The notes under the pieces: generated by a model
Told to the model about the DNA's origin: nothing
The model's database searches: none
Seen by the model: the letters and a program-made list of their open reading frames with translations, nothing else
Translations under genes and position numbers: made by a program
Shown: positions 36,387-49,200 of the stretch, one piece after another
How the letters are laid out: each line of letters opens with the position of its first letter
Numbering within the stretch: position 1 is the stretch's first letter
DNA from: Haplodiscus bocki
Taxonomy: Eukaryota
Assembly (NCBI GenBank): GCA_965655095.1
Contig: OZ296653.1
Span: 52,948,001-53,012,000, forward strand
Reading direction: 5' to 3'
DNA: 64,000 bases

Positions 36387-36940
36387 ACTATACAGTACAC
36401 GTCTTTCGGCAAAACATTCCAGTTATCTATGAAAATATTCTGAGTTTTACAAAGACTGAGTTTCAATATTTTGTTTGTGTCAATCGATACTATTTTGTGT
36501 CTCGGCAAAAAATCCAACTTTCTATGAAAATTATGAGTTTTACAAAGGCTGAGCTCTTATACTTTGTTTGTGTTGATAATTACTATACTGTGCCGGCAAA
36601 AGATTGCAGTTATCTATAAAAAAGTATCTGAGTTTTAAAAGCACTGAGTTCTTATTATTTGTTTGTGTTTATAAATGAACACTATACTTTGTCTCTGCAA
36701 ATGATTCCAGTCTTCTGTGAAAATAATATGAATTATACAAAGACTGAGTTCTTATACTTTGTTTGTGTAAATAAGTACTATACTGTGTCTCGTCAAAAGA
36801 TTCCAGTAATCTCTGAAAATTTTCTGATTTTTACAAAAGACTGATTTCTTATAGTTTGTTTGTGTTAATAAATACAATTGTGTCTCGGCAAGAGTGCCCA
36901 GTAATCTATGAAACTAATCAGAGTTTTATAAAGACTGAGG
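36387..36940. repeat. ~95-bp tandem repeat, about 6 units
   Basis: Recurring tactat..tgtgtctcggcaaaa.attccag..atctatgaaaa...gagttttacaaagactgagttcttatactttgtttgtgt. Confidence 0.9.
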
Positions 36941-36999
36941 CTTAGTTCACCTATTCGTGTGGAGAAATGCGTTTAGAAGTCATCAATCTTTTGTTTCAG

Positions 37000-37235
37000 G
37001 TGCAGGATATAAGTGTCAGTGTGTCCAGTGACTGGCACGCGAATGAGATTGAGCTGATGTTGGATTACAGCAAAATGAGTACCTTGGACGTGGCCAATTT
37101 CCGAGACGATCAAGAGTGGACTTTGTTCAGACATGTTGAACTGGAACGCATTCCAGAGGAGACTAACAAAGATATCGAATTAGGCTACACCGCTGGCTTC
37201 GTCATCGCCCGGTGCAGAGTTGCTAGGAGAGCTAA
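37000..37235 (+). CDS. Cys-less pentameric ligand-gated ion channel, extracellular-domain exon
   Basis: ttgtttcag|VQDISVSVSSDW...NFRDDQEWTLFRHVE...ARCRVARRA(K)|gtatgg. Contains post-Pro-loop xQD, the QEW motif and pre-M1 RR. Confidence 0.85.
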
Positions 37236-37697
37236 GTATGGTTATTTTCTGACCTTTGCAACATTAATTGGCCATAAGTTCTTCCAGATAGTAGAAAATA
37301 TTTACTTGAAAGTGTTTGATTCAGAGGTAGATTATTTTGATTTGCTAATTTTTCCGGCTTTCCCTTAACAAACATCCGAAGTTCCAAAACTAGTTAGGAT
37401 TATGAAATATTTCGGAAATGAGTTGTTGTCCAAAACACATTTGGTGTTTTTGGGCTTTTTTTAGTTGCTGCAGAATTTGCATTCTCTGTGCCTTCGAAAA
37501 AATCGGTTAACCGGCCTTATGAAAAACAATGAATGCAAATGTATACCTTACAAATTTTTCAAGAAAATTTCTGATACCGAATTTACTATAACAATGTCTC
37601 CTGACTCTTTCCCGTATTGTACCAAAATTTTCCGAAGACATCCTTGTCAGTGTATCAAAGTACTAAACCGTTCACATTGATCGAATTTTTGTGTCAG

Positions 37698-38072
37698 GTT
37701 TTTCATGGTAAACAACGTGATGATGATGTTCAGTCTGGTAGTATTATCTCTCACCATCTTTGCTTACGACCCCGCCTGGAACATGGCCAGAATTGGGTCG
37801 TCCATGACTCTATTGCTAGTAGCAGTGGCCTTCAAACTATCCATGGCTGGCAACCTACCTCTCATATCGTACCTTACATATCTGGACATTTACATTCTCA
37901 GCGGCATGCTCTACCTCTGTGCCATTACCATTATCTTCACAGCCATTTCCCCCTTCAAGAACGATCTCTCGGCAGCCAAACATATTGACAGCATCACTCT
38001 TATTATACTTGTTGTCTGCATCGTGTCTTTCCACGTGGTCTACGGATTAGTTTTTTGGATCAACACCAACAA
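37698..38072 (+). CDS. Cys-less pLGIC, M1-M4 exon
   Basis: gtgtcag|, phase 2. Four hydrophobic helices; M2-M3 ARIGSSMTLLLVAVAFKLSMAGNLPLISYLTYLDIY; donor AA|gtaaga. Confidence 0.9.
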
Positions 38073-38844
38073 GTAAGAACATATTTTTGGCAAGCATGAA
38101 TTTCTCGCTAGTGCTTTAATTTCACTCATGCATCCAACTTTTGTACTGAGTTTTACTTTTGTACAGTGGCAGAGATCTATCCATTTGAATCGACCCATTT
38201 TTCCTAGATTTTCTAAAATGTGTATAACACCAACCGTGTAAAAGTTTCCAGATGAATCCCAAAGCGAAAATTTACCCATTGACAACTGAGTCAATAAATA
38301 CATGTAGTAGCCCCGGAAACTTGGAAATTTTGCAGACGAAACTAATTAAAACTTTGCAAAGAAACAAAACCCCCGAGAAATTGTGCAAATTTCATGAAAG
38401 AAAGTTAAAAAATATCACGGCCACTGATAAATTTCCGTCCTTGAACAATTTTGTATTAATTTTCTAAAATCATGCAAATAGTTTAGGGTATTTTGTAAAA
38501 TGATGTAAACTCTCAAATGCAATAAGACTAGGGCAAGTTTTAAACGTCATTATATTAAAAAATTACATGAGTGATTTCGAGCCAAAATATTGGGTGTAAA
38601 TGTCATCTGAGCATTAGAGACGTGAAGCATTATTCTCAGCATTTTCTTCCAATAAAATATTTCAAAGATTTTCAAATACTCGAAGGTAAGAATGTGCTGG
38701 AAAATACGGCCATGTTTGAAAACTCAATGGGGATCTGAAATGTAGTTGGAAATTCCAGATTCTAATAGATTATTTTAAACTTTCACGAAAACGTTTAAAA
38801 TACTTGATTTCGAGAATGTCAGTTCATTTCAAATATATACAAAA

Positions 38845-40300
38845 CTGTCATGCAAAAAGACAAACTTTTCTCATAAATCAGGATTAAGAATGTTCCAGTG
38901 ATCCGAGTTCTTATTACCGGAAAAACTGAATACTCGTTCGCAGCGTACTGAACTTGGTGGAACTGCAAGTCACGCACGTGCAACGCGTGTCATCAAATGT
39001 TAAAACCTTTATTTCCTCCGGTAAGGCATGACGTTCTCTGAATGGGGACGTCCTCCTTGATGTGTGAGTCCAATTCCAGTTCTTCTTGCGTATCAACATT
39101 GACGTTAGAATTTCTGGGCTCCACTGATTAATCCCACATTGACTGTTTCTCTTTTTAGGGACACTTACAAATATCAAATTCTAACGGGATGCAACCACTT
39201 TCACCAGAATCTCCTTCATCTAATAAATTTTCTTTCGATTTGTCTAAAATGTTGCCATAAAAGAAGTCAGTCAGGATTGAGAATTCTTCATGGAGCAAAT
39301 AAAATCTTATCAATTAAAGGAATATATCTCTTAACCAAGGCGTTGATGAGCAACTATTTGATGTCTTCAACCCCCTAGTGGTCCAATTCCAGCAATGTCT
39401 GCCGGATGACGATGTAGGCGGCAATTATCACTGATACAGCGCTGCTATCAGACAAACACCTTTTGGTCAATTGTTCTCATGGTTCCCAAAAGCTCTCAAT
39501 TTTTCTGTCACAGACCACTGCTTAGACAAAAGATGACGAATATCATTATCCAATGCATACTCTGCCAGAACATACAGTACTTTTTAGCATGTAGAAAGAA
39601 GAATTGCGCCGTGTACGCATGTCTTAATTTAGTTTCTTTTGCGGCTAATGAAGATAACGCTGAATTCTATGACAGCTTGGAAATGCCAGTAATATTTCCG
39701 CAAGTTCTCAGAAAGTCAATTAAGTACCATTTTGCCGAAAGCTCGTCGCCAATGAAAACTACATGTACTGCACAAGTGGTATTTTTTTTTCAGGTAAACG
39801 GCTTTTTCATGTTTCGGCATCACAGTCGAAGCGCATCTTCTTTGGATACTCGTAAATGTAGTAAAACCAAGCCTACGATGCTTATGTTATCTCCAGGTGT
39901 ACGCTACCAGGTAATGTTGCGTATTCAATGCCATATATTGCGATGAAGCTCTGCATGTTGCATTGGAATTTCAAACTAATGAAACAGTTCAAGTTTGTGC
40001 TGGAAGTCCAATATCATTTGTCCGGGCAATAAAGGTTCTTCATTTCTGATGTAAGTTCATAGAATAATGAGGTAATGATGTTTTCAGTGATTCATTTTCC
40101 TAAAGAAAATTTATATCGAGGCGCTCTAGATGAATAATCAAACACAAAATCATGGGTCCTCTTCTATGGACAGAGGTTGACATTTAGATGCAATCATACG
40201 CCATTTTTTTGATGATATTGAACAACTTTCGAGTTCTCAATGTTCCATTCTCTCGCTCACTTGGTTGCTTGTTGATTTATAATTTGGACTGTTATTATTG
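38845..40300 (-). mobile_element. hAT transposase pseudogene in the pLGIC last intron
   Basis: Degenerate DIWTS-like motif (~40010), KKLN*DMRTRRNSSFYML (cf. DVxTRWNS), RILNP (cf. LDPR) and dimerisation motif LAVPPSSVRCERVFSFSG (~38915-38970). Confidence 0.85.
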
Positions 40301-41224
40301 ACGAGGCGGAATCCAGAAAAAAACTCTAATCGAATTCTGTCCTAATATTTGCATGGCAATGAATGTGTTGAAAAAGACTGGTTGAGTAAAATTTCGAAGC
40401 TTTTTTCATACTCCCAGCATGTTTGACAAACCGTGAGCAACTGTCGCTTTGCTTCAGAGAAAACATTTTCCCGTGGAGTTCTACCTTCTTCGAAAAGAAA
40501 TTCTGTTGAAGGTGTTGCAATTTTACCAATTTGCCATTGTCTACTTGTTTGCTTTCTATAGCCAGAGTGTCAAAATAGTTAAACTGTGCGGCCGCATACG
40601 CGGTCCTTAATTTCTGAGAATTACGTGGAAAGTATGCGGCACTCATTTATTATATGCCTGGTAATGCCGAAATCCAACATATAGGTGGCTATTCTTACAT
40701 AGCGTTCGACTTCCTGGAAAATCTTGAATTTCCTGCCAGGAATCCAGAACTCCTGAGTTTCCTGTTAAGATCTAGATTCTGCATCAAAATGCATTAAATT
40801 CAAACGACATATGCGCAAAGTGTATTAAAAACATCACATTATTTCTAATCTACATTAATATGCTCTACCAATGTGCTACATCCGCTTTGACAATAGCAAT
40901 TCCAAGTTAATTAAATATCAACGTGGTCACATGCTCTACCTTTATGCTATATCAATAGCAATTGCTACTACCACGTTGAACTTTATTCAATTTGGAATTG
41001 CTGGCATCAAAGCAGATAAAGCACAACGGTAGAGTATTAGGTGACTGTTAAGGTTTGAATCCGAGTGGTAAAATTTTCATTTTTTGCATTTCTGCTTCCT
41101 GGACTTCCTGGATAATCTTCCATGATCTTGCAAGATCCTGGTAGGATTCCTGGATATTCCTACCAGGAATCTCGAGGAATCGTGGAAGGATCCTGGTAGG
41201 AAATCCAGGATTTCCAATGCTGGG

Positions 41225-41311
41225 TAACTTCGAATTTGTATTTTAGTATCATAACTCCAAACTTGTATTTCAGTATCATAACTCCGAATTCGTATTTTAG
41301 TATCATAACTC
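41225..41311. repeat. 27-bp tandem repeat x3
   Basis: taact(t/c)c.aa.tt.gtatt..agtatca repeated. Confidence 0.9.
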
Positions 41312-43749
41312 AGTATTGAAAATTGTGTCCCTAGTTAAGGCAGGTTGATTTTCTTTGGTTGAACTGAATGATTTTTTTTGTTTTTGACAATTTCCCATCA
41401 ATTTTTTATTTACTTTTGGCATTTTGGCACCAATTTACTTTATTTAAATTGAACCTTTTATTATTCAATTTATACTTGACTTCCGCATCAAAATTAGTCA
41501 CTTTAATCGTTGCGAAAATGATACTTGAGAACTTCTAGGTACGTTATATTAATTCGGAGATATGCACCTCGTTTCTTAATTTCGGAGCTATGAATGGTTG
41601 CTATTTATGAATCCGAAAATAAATTTTAATTCCTATGAGTCCGAAAGCCTTGTTGCTGGCCAGTATTGAAATCAGTGCGTTTGACACCTCAAAACAAAGC
41701 GTCCACACTCTGAGCTGTTTTATGCGTGCTCTCGCTTTGCTCAGAGATACTTATATCGAGTTGGCAAGTAGAATTGGACATTCAAGTTTTTGATTTTCGG
41801 ACTCATGGGAATTAAAAATCAATTTCGGACTCATGGTCTTCCGGACTCGTTGGAAGACACCATATGAATATTCGAAGCTACAAGACCTTACCAACGTAAA
41901 TGAACCTGGATCCGGTAACATTCATGTGGTCCCATCACTACTCGAGAGACCGAGCCATCATGAATCAATTGGCCTTTCCATTTTTGGATGTCCTATTGTC
42001 ATTCATACATAATGGCGGTCGTTTTCCATGAAGTTTTTACGTTTCTATGAAAATTCATAGCAGTGAACAGCAATTAATTATGGGTGCCATTCTGTAGGAA
42101 TTTTTGCTCTTCAGTCTATATTTGGCTACAGCGTCATTTTGCATCAGTTTTTAATCCGCAAGATAATTGCTCTCATTGTTTTATCACCGGCCTAGTGGGC
42201 TGCGCAGCCTCCTAAAAATTTGCGCGTGTATATTTAATATGTTCCAATCACCGCCACAAACCTCCGGCTGTTCAGACCTATACACCTCCACCACACAAAA
42301 TTAGGGGCCGAAAATTGCCGCTTTTTCGTCGAAAAACACCTATTTCTCGTAACTGGTGCTAGATATCAAAAAAACCGAGCTCAGCACGATAAATTAAATG
42401 TGAATATTTTTCCAGCGATGCCACAAACTTGAATTTCTAAAATAATTATGAACAGAAAAAGTACGTTGTTACAATTTCAACATGAAAAATATAGAAAGAC
42501 GTTTTTTTCCAAATTTCAAAGTCTCACTTCTCCAGGAATAAAGACCCGATCAACCTCAATTGTGCACCACATCAATCCCTGGTTATGGCGAATCTATGAT
42601 AAAAATTTCATTTGAATCGGATGAAAAGAGCAGATTTTAGAACAATTTGTTGAAGGGTGATAAGTATTTTTCAAATAATTCCAAAATTCGAATTGTGATA
42701 GTTTTTCGGGAACCTGTTCCATTTGGACAGTTGAGTGTTTAAAACAAACCAAGTTTGAGTTTGATCGGACCACGGGAAGTGCCAAAATTAACATTCGATC
42801 AATGAGGTACCGAAATGTCAATTTTCAAGAATTTTTCTTGGACTTTATCCCCCAAACACGGTTTTGGGAGTCCCGGTGAAACGGAGCTTACTGATAAAAG
42901 CTATGGGATATGTTCCATAAAACTATCGACAGAATTTTGGATATCTATCCTCATTTTTGAGAAATGGGCATTTGAAGTTAGGTAATGCCAAAAAACCATT
43001 TTGTGCCAAAACGGCCCCAAAAATCAAAGTGTTTCAATTTTCTGGAAAATGTCCAAAACCTCAATTAAAACTTGTATTCGTTAAAAAGAAGTTGTTAGCT
43101 TCTCAGAAAATTAAACCCGAAGGTTCTACATGGCTTGGAAGTGTATGAAATGGATTTTGACGTAAGTTAGTCACAGTGAGACAAGGGAAAATGTCACAAC
43201 CTAATTTATTCAACCCCAATTTTCACGGTGACTTCATGCCTTGCAACATCGCTTTTGCGACATTCAAACACCTTCATGGGAAGGTCTAGGCATCGGTAGT
43301 AAACTATGCGATTTATTCGATCGGACGAAAATGCCAGCTCACTGAATTTTTGTTTAGGCAGAAAGTCGATAATTGGACTAAAAACGACAAAACATCAAAT
43401 CGACCGCGTTACTTACTTTTATTACTTTTTGACAACTGAAAACAAAAGAAGGCGATCTATTGAGCTTAACAGAGGGAGACATAAGCATATTGATTGACAA
43501 AAGTGACAAAATATGTCAAAGCGAAACAGTAGCATCCCGAATGCCTAACACGCTCTGTTGATTTTAATTACAAAACTAATCAAATTTGAGTCCATTTTCC
43601 TATTTTAAAAACGTTTTTGAGTCATTTTGTTCATTTAGGATGTATTTTTTTACTGAAAAGCTGACAGGTTGCTAATTGATTTTGCGGGAGAGATGAAGCT
43701 CTCTCTGAGTAAGCCGTCGTTTTTATGATAATCCCACGCGTCGGTGAAT

Positions 43750-44340
43750 GATTTTAGCAAAGGTAACCGCAACGTTCTGCGTGATCAAAGCACAACTTTT
43801 GACACAGTGTGACGCGTGCGCGGGTGCTCAAACCACAGAGGAAGAGCGTAAGAATTAGAAAGGGGACAAACATCTGGGAAGTGCTACTGGACGGTCGGTT
43901 CATTAAGAAAGAAAAACCGTTTGTTTGCTCCACTTTCAGTTTTTTTTTCAAAATTGAGGCAGTTCATTTTATCCTTCCCAGACTGATAAAGGAAACTCAA
44001 CAGAATTGTAAAAATTTTCGCCGAATTTTGGAGAAATCGCTGTTGTTTTTGGATTAGAGATTCAGGGAACTATCTTTGGATCGTTCAAGTTTATCTCGCG
44101 TTTGCTACTTCTTACTGGACTGGTAAAATAAATCCAATATAAGATTTCAGAAAAACAGGAGCTACTAGACGTTTTCGAACTTCTTCCAGTCCGCCGAATT
44201 CGTTCCAGTATGGAGTCTTCTGACAGAATCCTGAACGGTACTTTTGCGGAACCTGTACTGTTGAAATATTTTGGAGAACCAGTGCCAAGTAGAGGGCAGA
44301 TAACGATTCCATACAACAATTTTATTCTCATTGAGTTTGT
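43750..44340 (-). mobile_element. Possible piggyBac transposase C-terminal remnant
   Basis: LALVLQNI...LEEVRKRLV resembles PGBD-type ELVLQNAW...FLEFRRRVV. Cys-rich tail HFPDVC...FLCGLSTRARVTLCQKLCFDH. Confidence 0.4.
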
Positions 44341-45076
44341 TATTTTATGTGGTTTGGTTTCACCGAGTTTTAATTGCAGTAGTTATTTGCAAAGGCATTA
44401 TTTATTTTTGAAGGTTGTGGAACGAAAAGTATAAATTGAAGTTTCTGGTTAAAACTAGAGTATTTGTCTAGCAGCTTCAAGGGAAGTGCATTTTTGGAGT
44501 TACAACAGCAAGAAAAACGAGGTTCTGCCCGGTTTAGGTATTAACACAGTCCCTATTCCGTCAGAAATCTAATCAAATGTACGCGGAAAGACCCATCAAA
44601 CCTCTTCGGTATATAAATTTCTTGTGGATCACCTGGCTTCCCTGCTACCTCGTCTCGGAGGTGTATACGCACTTAATTGGGTGGGCTTGAGGAAGGCGTA
44701 GTGGCAAAGTTGCAAACTTTGAAGCTACATCACCCTAATTCAAGCCGATTTTTCAACAAATTCCGTAACGCTTTCCTATGTTTAGAAAAGAACCAAAATT
44801 AGAAACCAGCGCTGTTCCAGTTTTGATGGTTTCCTGAACACTCAGTGTTCAAATTGATTTCTATGACATTTTCTATTATTATCATCAGAAAGGCCATTTT
44901 AGATCCAAAAAAGTCAATTTCTGATTACATGAAATGAACTTTCTTTCATAAATAGTTATCTCCATCAAATAATATAAATTGACTCACCCTAGAACCAAAT
45001 GAAAAATTTGAGTTGAAAAGCCATTTTGACGTTTTTCCATCCGTCAAGTTTCTATTGTATCATTGAATTTTTCCAG

Positions 45077-45353
45077 ACGGATCAATGAAATGCTGAAGAA
45101 GGACAAAGAGTATGCAATTGAAATAAGTCGCCACCGAGAGATGCAGTGTCTCATGGCATCCACGAGCACGAACATGCATTCGTTGGCGTCGAGCAGCAAA
45201 TCGACTAACCAGGAATGTCTACGAGTCCAAGAGAACAAACTTCATTTGCAGAACATATCAAAGTGGTCCGTCGAGCCTGATCGTTCCATCTCAGAAGAAT
45301 TTGTCGGCAAATATGACGTCGAGAAACTTCAAAATCATTCGTCAAATGTTTGA
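45077..45353 (+). CDS. Cys-less pLGIC, terminal exon
   Basis: aatttttccag|A, phase 2, completing the AA from 38072: (K)RINEMLKKDKEY...HSSNV*. AATAAA at ~45522. Confidence 0.7.
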
Positions 45354-46021
45354 TATTTTCCACTTTAATGTCTCGATTAAATTTTTCAATTATGAAATAT
45401 TAATTTTGTGGCACTCATTGGTGCACAATTAAAACTATTCTTGAAAATTTACAATAATCAATGTATCCCTTACAAAATAAGAGATACGGCAACATTGCCA
45501 CTTCTTGAACAACTTTTTTGAAATAAATTGTCTTAAACTTTACTGTCCAACAATGCTGCAATCGAGTTTAATTCCAACGGACCTGATGAAATTTGTATCA
45601 TTTTGTTAACAATACATAATTTTTTTCACTTTTTGTATTTGTATTGAAAACGTAGTCTTCAGCACCTCAAATATTTTCCTGGTGCAGATAATGTTTGCAA
45701 ATGTATTAGGCATATGCAGAACTATGTAGTATGTTTATCATGGCAAATTAACCGGGGAACTATTTGATACCATTGATTTGACAGGGAAGAACCTTGAATG
45801 ATTTATACCATCTTTTAGCAGCTTCAGTTTTTGGCTGCAATGGAATTTGAAAAAATGAAACTTCTGTTTTGTAAACTCTATTTTAATTGACTCAGCTGTA
45901 TGTCAGAATGAAACTTTAGCTCATGCATTGCTTAAGATGGTACATTAACAGTAAGTAAAGGTTAGATTTCACGCAAGGGCAGAAAGTAAGTGTGAGACTT
46001 GTAAGCAAGAAGAGAGAGAAG

Positions 46022-46276
46022 TTAATTTTTCAACTCTTCTTCATACTGTTTGCGGAAGCAGTCGCCAAGAGGGAAGAAGTCGAAATTGCGTTCCTGGTAG
46101 AGAGTCCAAACGTATGTTTCTTGACCAGTGTATTCCGTCTCGTCTTTGTTGATTAAGTACATAAGGAAGAACATGTAGTTTGCGAAATTGTGTTCTTTCT
46201 CCGTATGTATTTCAAACCCATGCGCCGCTTGCTCGTCGAAGTATTCTTTCCCCAAGCCGCAAATGAAACATTTGGT
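46022..46276 (-). CDS. RyR: RyR last exon (C-terminal Zn-finger domain)
   Basis: tgcag|TKCFICGLG...HTEKEHN...[14 protein letters not shown]. Confidence 0.97.
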   Translation of the reverse strand, partial: TKCFICGLGKEYFDEQAAHGFEIHTEKEHNFANYMFFLMYLINKDETEYTGQETYVWTLYQERNFDFFPLGDCFRKQYEEELKN

Positions 46277-49200
46277 CTGCAAATAGGAAAAAATTTTTTT
46301 GCTATCCTTCAGAAACCATACTGAAGACTCTAAGTTTGCAGTAGTATGGAGACAACAAAAATCCATCCAAATATAAGCTCAACAAGTCAAATTCAGAACA
46401 CTGGAAGCTGCCAAGTTTTGGAAAAATGAAATGAATTGTCTTTTTAGGCCGCGCTTTTACTTTAGTAAAAAAAGTCGACTCTTGTAAGTCACTTCACTTT
46501 TTTAAGATCACAACGATTTGACTTCTTTCCCCCCAAATTTTGTCCCTGACATATTAATTTAAAGCATGCAAATACAGTCCATCACAAGCTTGGGCAAGTA
46601 CTTACAAACACCAAGAGGTACCTTCTACGAAAACTTTCCATACTGTGACACCAAAAAAAATTCGAGGAATAATCGTGATACCCCCTGATATATTAAGTTT
46701 TTCGATACTAGAAAGTATCAGAAACACTACAGGGTCCCCGTACGAATTTTTTCGTTACAGTGTGGAAAAAAAGTTGAACTTTTTTGTGTAACCCCACACT
46801 ATGCCTAATTAAAATTTTCGCATGGACTGCGCCGACTTTGAGCTGTTCTCAGCTTGTTTAAACTGGAAATTGCAACACATTATAAGTGAATTCAGTTCGA
46901 ACTTGAAAGAAGCTAATGTAGTTATGCACGTGTGATGGAGGCTTAGAGTGAGTCAAGATAAAGAAATGTTGGAAAGCAAATACAAACACCAATATAAACA
47001 GTGCTAAATTTACACCACAGCTAAAAAAGATTCAGTGCAACGTTTGTAACCGTAAAATAAACCAAGATTACTTGCATGTCTTAAATGGCTCTTACAACAT
47101 GCAAATTCCCAAATTCTTACATAAGAGAACAAGTATTCAAATCTGAAACAACGGAGAAATGACAGCGGCGGAACTCAAAATAACGTAATTCAAAAACAAC
47201 GGACCAGAAAAAAAGTTTAGTATATGCTCAGCGAAAGGCCGGAAAAATAGGCCACCGTGTTGGAAAATTTCGTGGAGTTGAATTTGGGCCGAATATTAAG
47301 GATAAAATCGAGCCTACGGAAACAAAATGGAATGAAAGAGGAGCAGAAATCCAAAACTTTTCAATTTAGGCAACGTAATTTTAAATCAAATATCAAAAAT
47401 TGACGAGGGCGCCGAATCTTACACCACAAAAGCACTGTTGACGAATTTTAAGGACTATAACATGCCCAAAAGGAACACCGTCTACAAAACAGGAGGAAAG
47501 ACAAAGAGACAAGCAATCAACGGAGGAGATAAGTGGCAATCGAAACAACAATCAAACTAAAACGACAAAACATAGTGAAAGATACAGAAATCATAGAAAA
47601 TCTGATAGAAGTGATATAAAAAACCAATAAATACGAGAGAAAGAAGGAAAAACAAGGATCCAAGTAGAGAATGTGGATATAGTGACGGAAGAGAAGAGTG
47701 AAAAAACGAAAGAAGTTGGCGTAGCGGGGCACAGCTATAATTTTTTGAAGAACATTTAGTTCAAAAAATCTTCGCACTTGCCCGATGAAAACTACGTAGA
47801 AGAATTTCTAGCCATGGATGTAGAGCTAGAAATAAGACAGTGGTACCAATAAATTTTTCCCAGCAAATACGATAGAAGATGCTGTTAAGCAGAAGAAGAT
47901 GAATCTCAAATTTACTCACGATGTGACTCGGTAGTTCTTGCAAGGGAACAGGAGCGCTAACCGGCCGTCAGCGTGAGGGAATATGCGGCAGAAGCTAAAC
48001 AATTCGGATTAACAAGCAGATGGAAACCAAATACCACGTCAGCAAACGAGCAAATGAAAATGTAGGAAAATTGGTGACGGATTTTTTGCTTCATTTACGG
48101 GTACTGATCCGAGAAAGAGCCATTGATCTGAACCTAATCTAATCAAAAGCGTGGATGGGGAAAATCAGATGCAGCAGATACAAGAAGACAACAATGGAGT
48201 GGCTAGAAAGTTAACAGCTTGATGAGATTACTACTTGTCGATTATAGAATAGTAGTATCGAAAGATTAACGACAACTAGCACTAAACTCATTACTTCGAA
48301 CATCTAGGAGTGTGCAAAAAGTGCCAAAAAACAAGTAATTTTTGGTAATCTGGATTGCCATTAGAGTCAGAAAAAAAGTTTAACTCGGTACATCTTTTTT
48401 TATCAAGTTCGGCTAAGGATTGGCAGTACGAAATCTCTGAAACTGAAAAAAATCATTTCTTTCTAAAACTTTCAGAGGCAAAAGTGAACTAGATTTGACG
48501 AGTAGACCTTCTATTCTGGCAATAAATTCTGAAATTACATACAAGGTGGTAGCCAGCAACACTATAGGAAGCACCCGACAGCAAATTCAAAACAAAGAAC
48601 AGACTCTGAAAAAAATTTAAAAAGACTTTGAAATTCTGCAAACTCTTCGGATTATCGATTACACAGGAAGAACAGTTTTCTTTTGCAAGGAAACGTTATG
48701 GAACAAACAACGGAGTGCCAAACTTGGACAACGGTGCCGGATCAGTAGAACGATCCATCCAAACACTGAAGAATCTCGACAAGATGGCCGGCTTCTACCG
48801 GCAATTTTTCCGCTCACAAAATTTGTTAAAGATGCCCTATAAAAATTTGATTTTTTTTTCGAAAACCTTCTTCATCAAATACTTTTATTTGTCCATAACT
48901 ATTTCTTTGTATCATTTTTCCTAGAAACCTTAAATTCGGGGAAAAGCAATTCAACAAAAAATAACCATTTGATACACAATCTACATCAAATTGGCTACCC
49001 GTAGCAATTTTGTCGAAATTCGGTTTTTTTCCAAAACAATCAAGTATCTTTTCAAAAAAACTCAATTTTTAAACGTTTTAAGAAACCTCATTATTTCAGT
49101 CGTATCTGACAGCAAATTCGCTAAAAGTTAATGCTAAAAAATTTCAAGCTCCGATTGAGAACATTGGGCATTATCAATTGGCAGACATTGGTTAGAAAAA

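Noticed and set aside
38073-38076. pLGIC ending at the TAA given by the ORF track
   Set aside because: The TAA lies inside a consensus donor (AA|gtaaga) and a phase-matched exon exists at 45077. Read-through to this stop as a minor isoform is not excluded.
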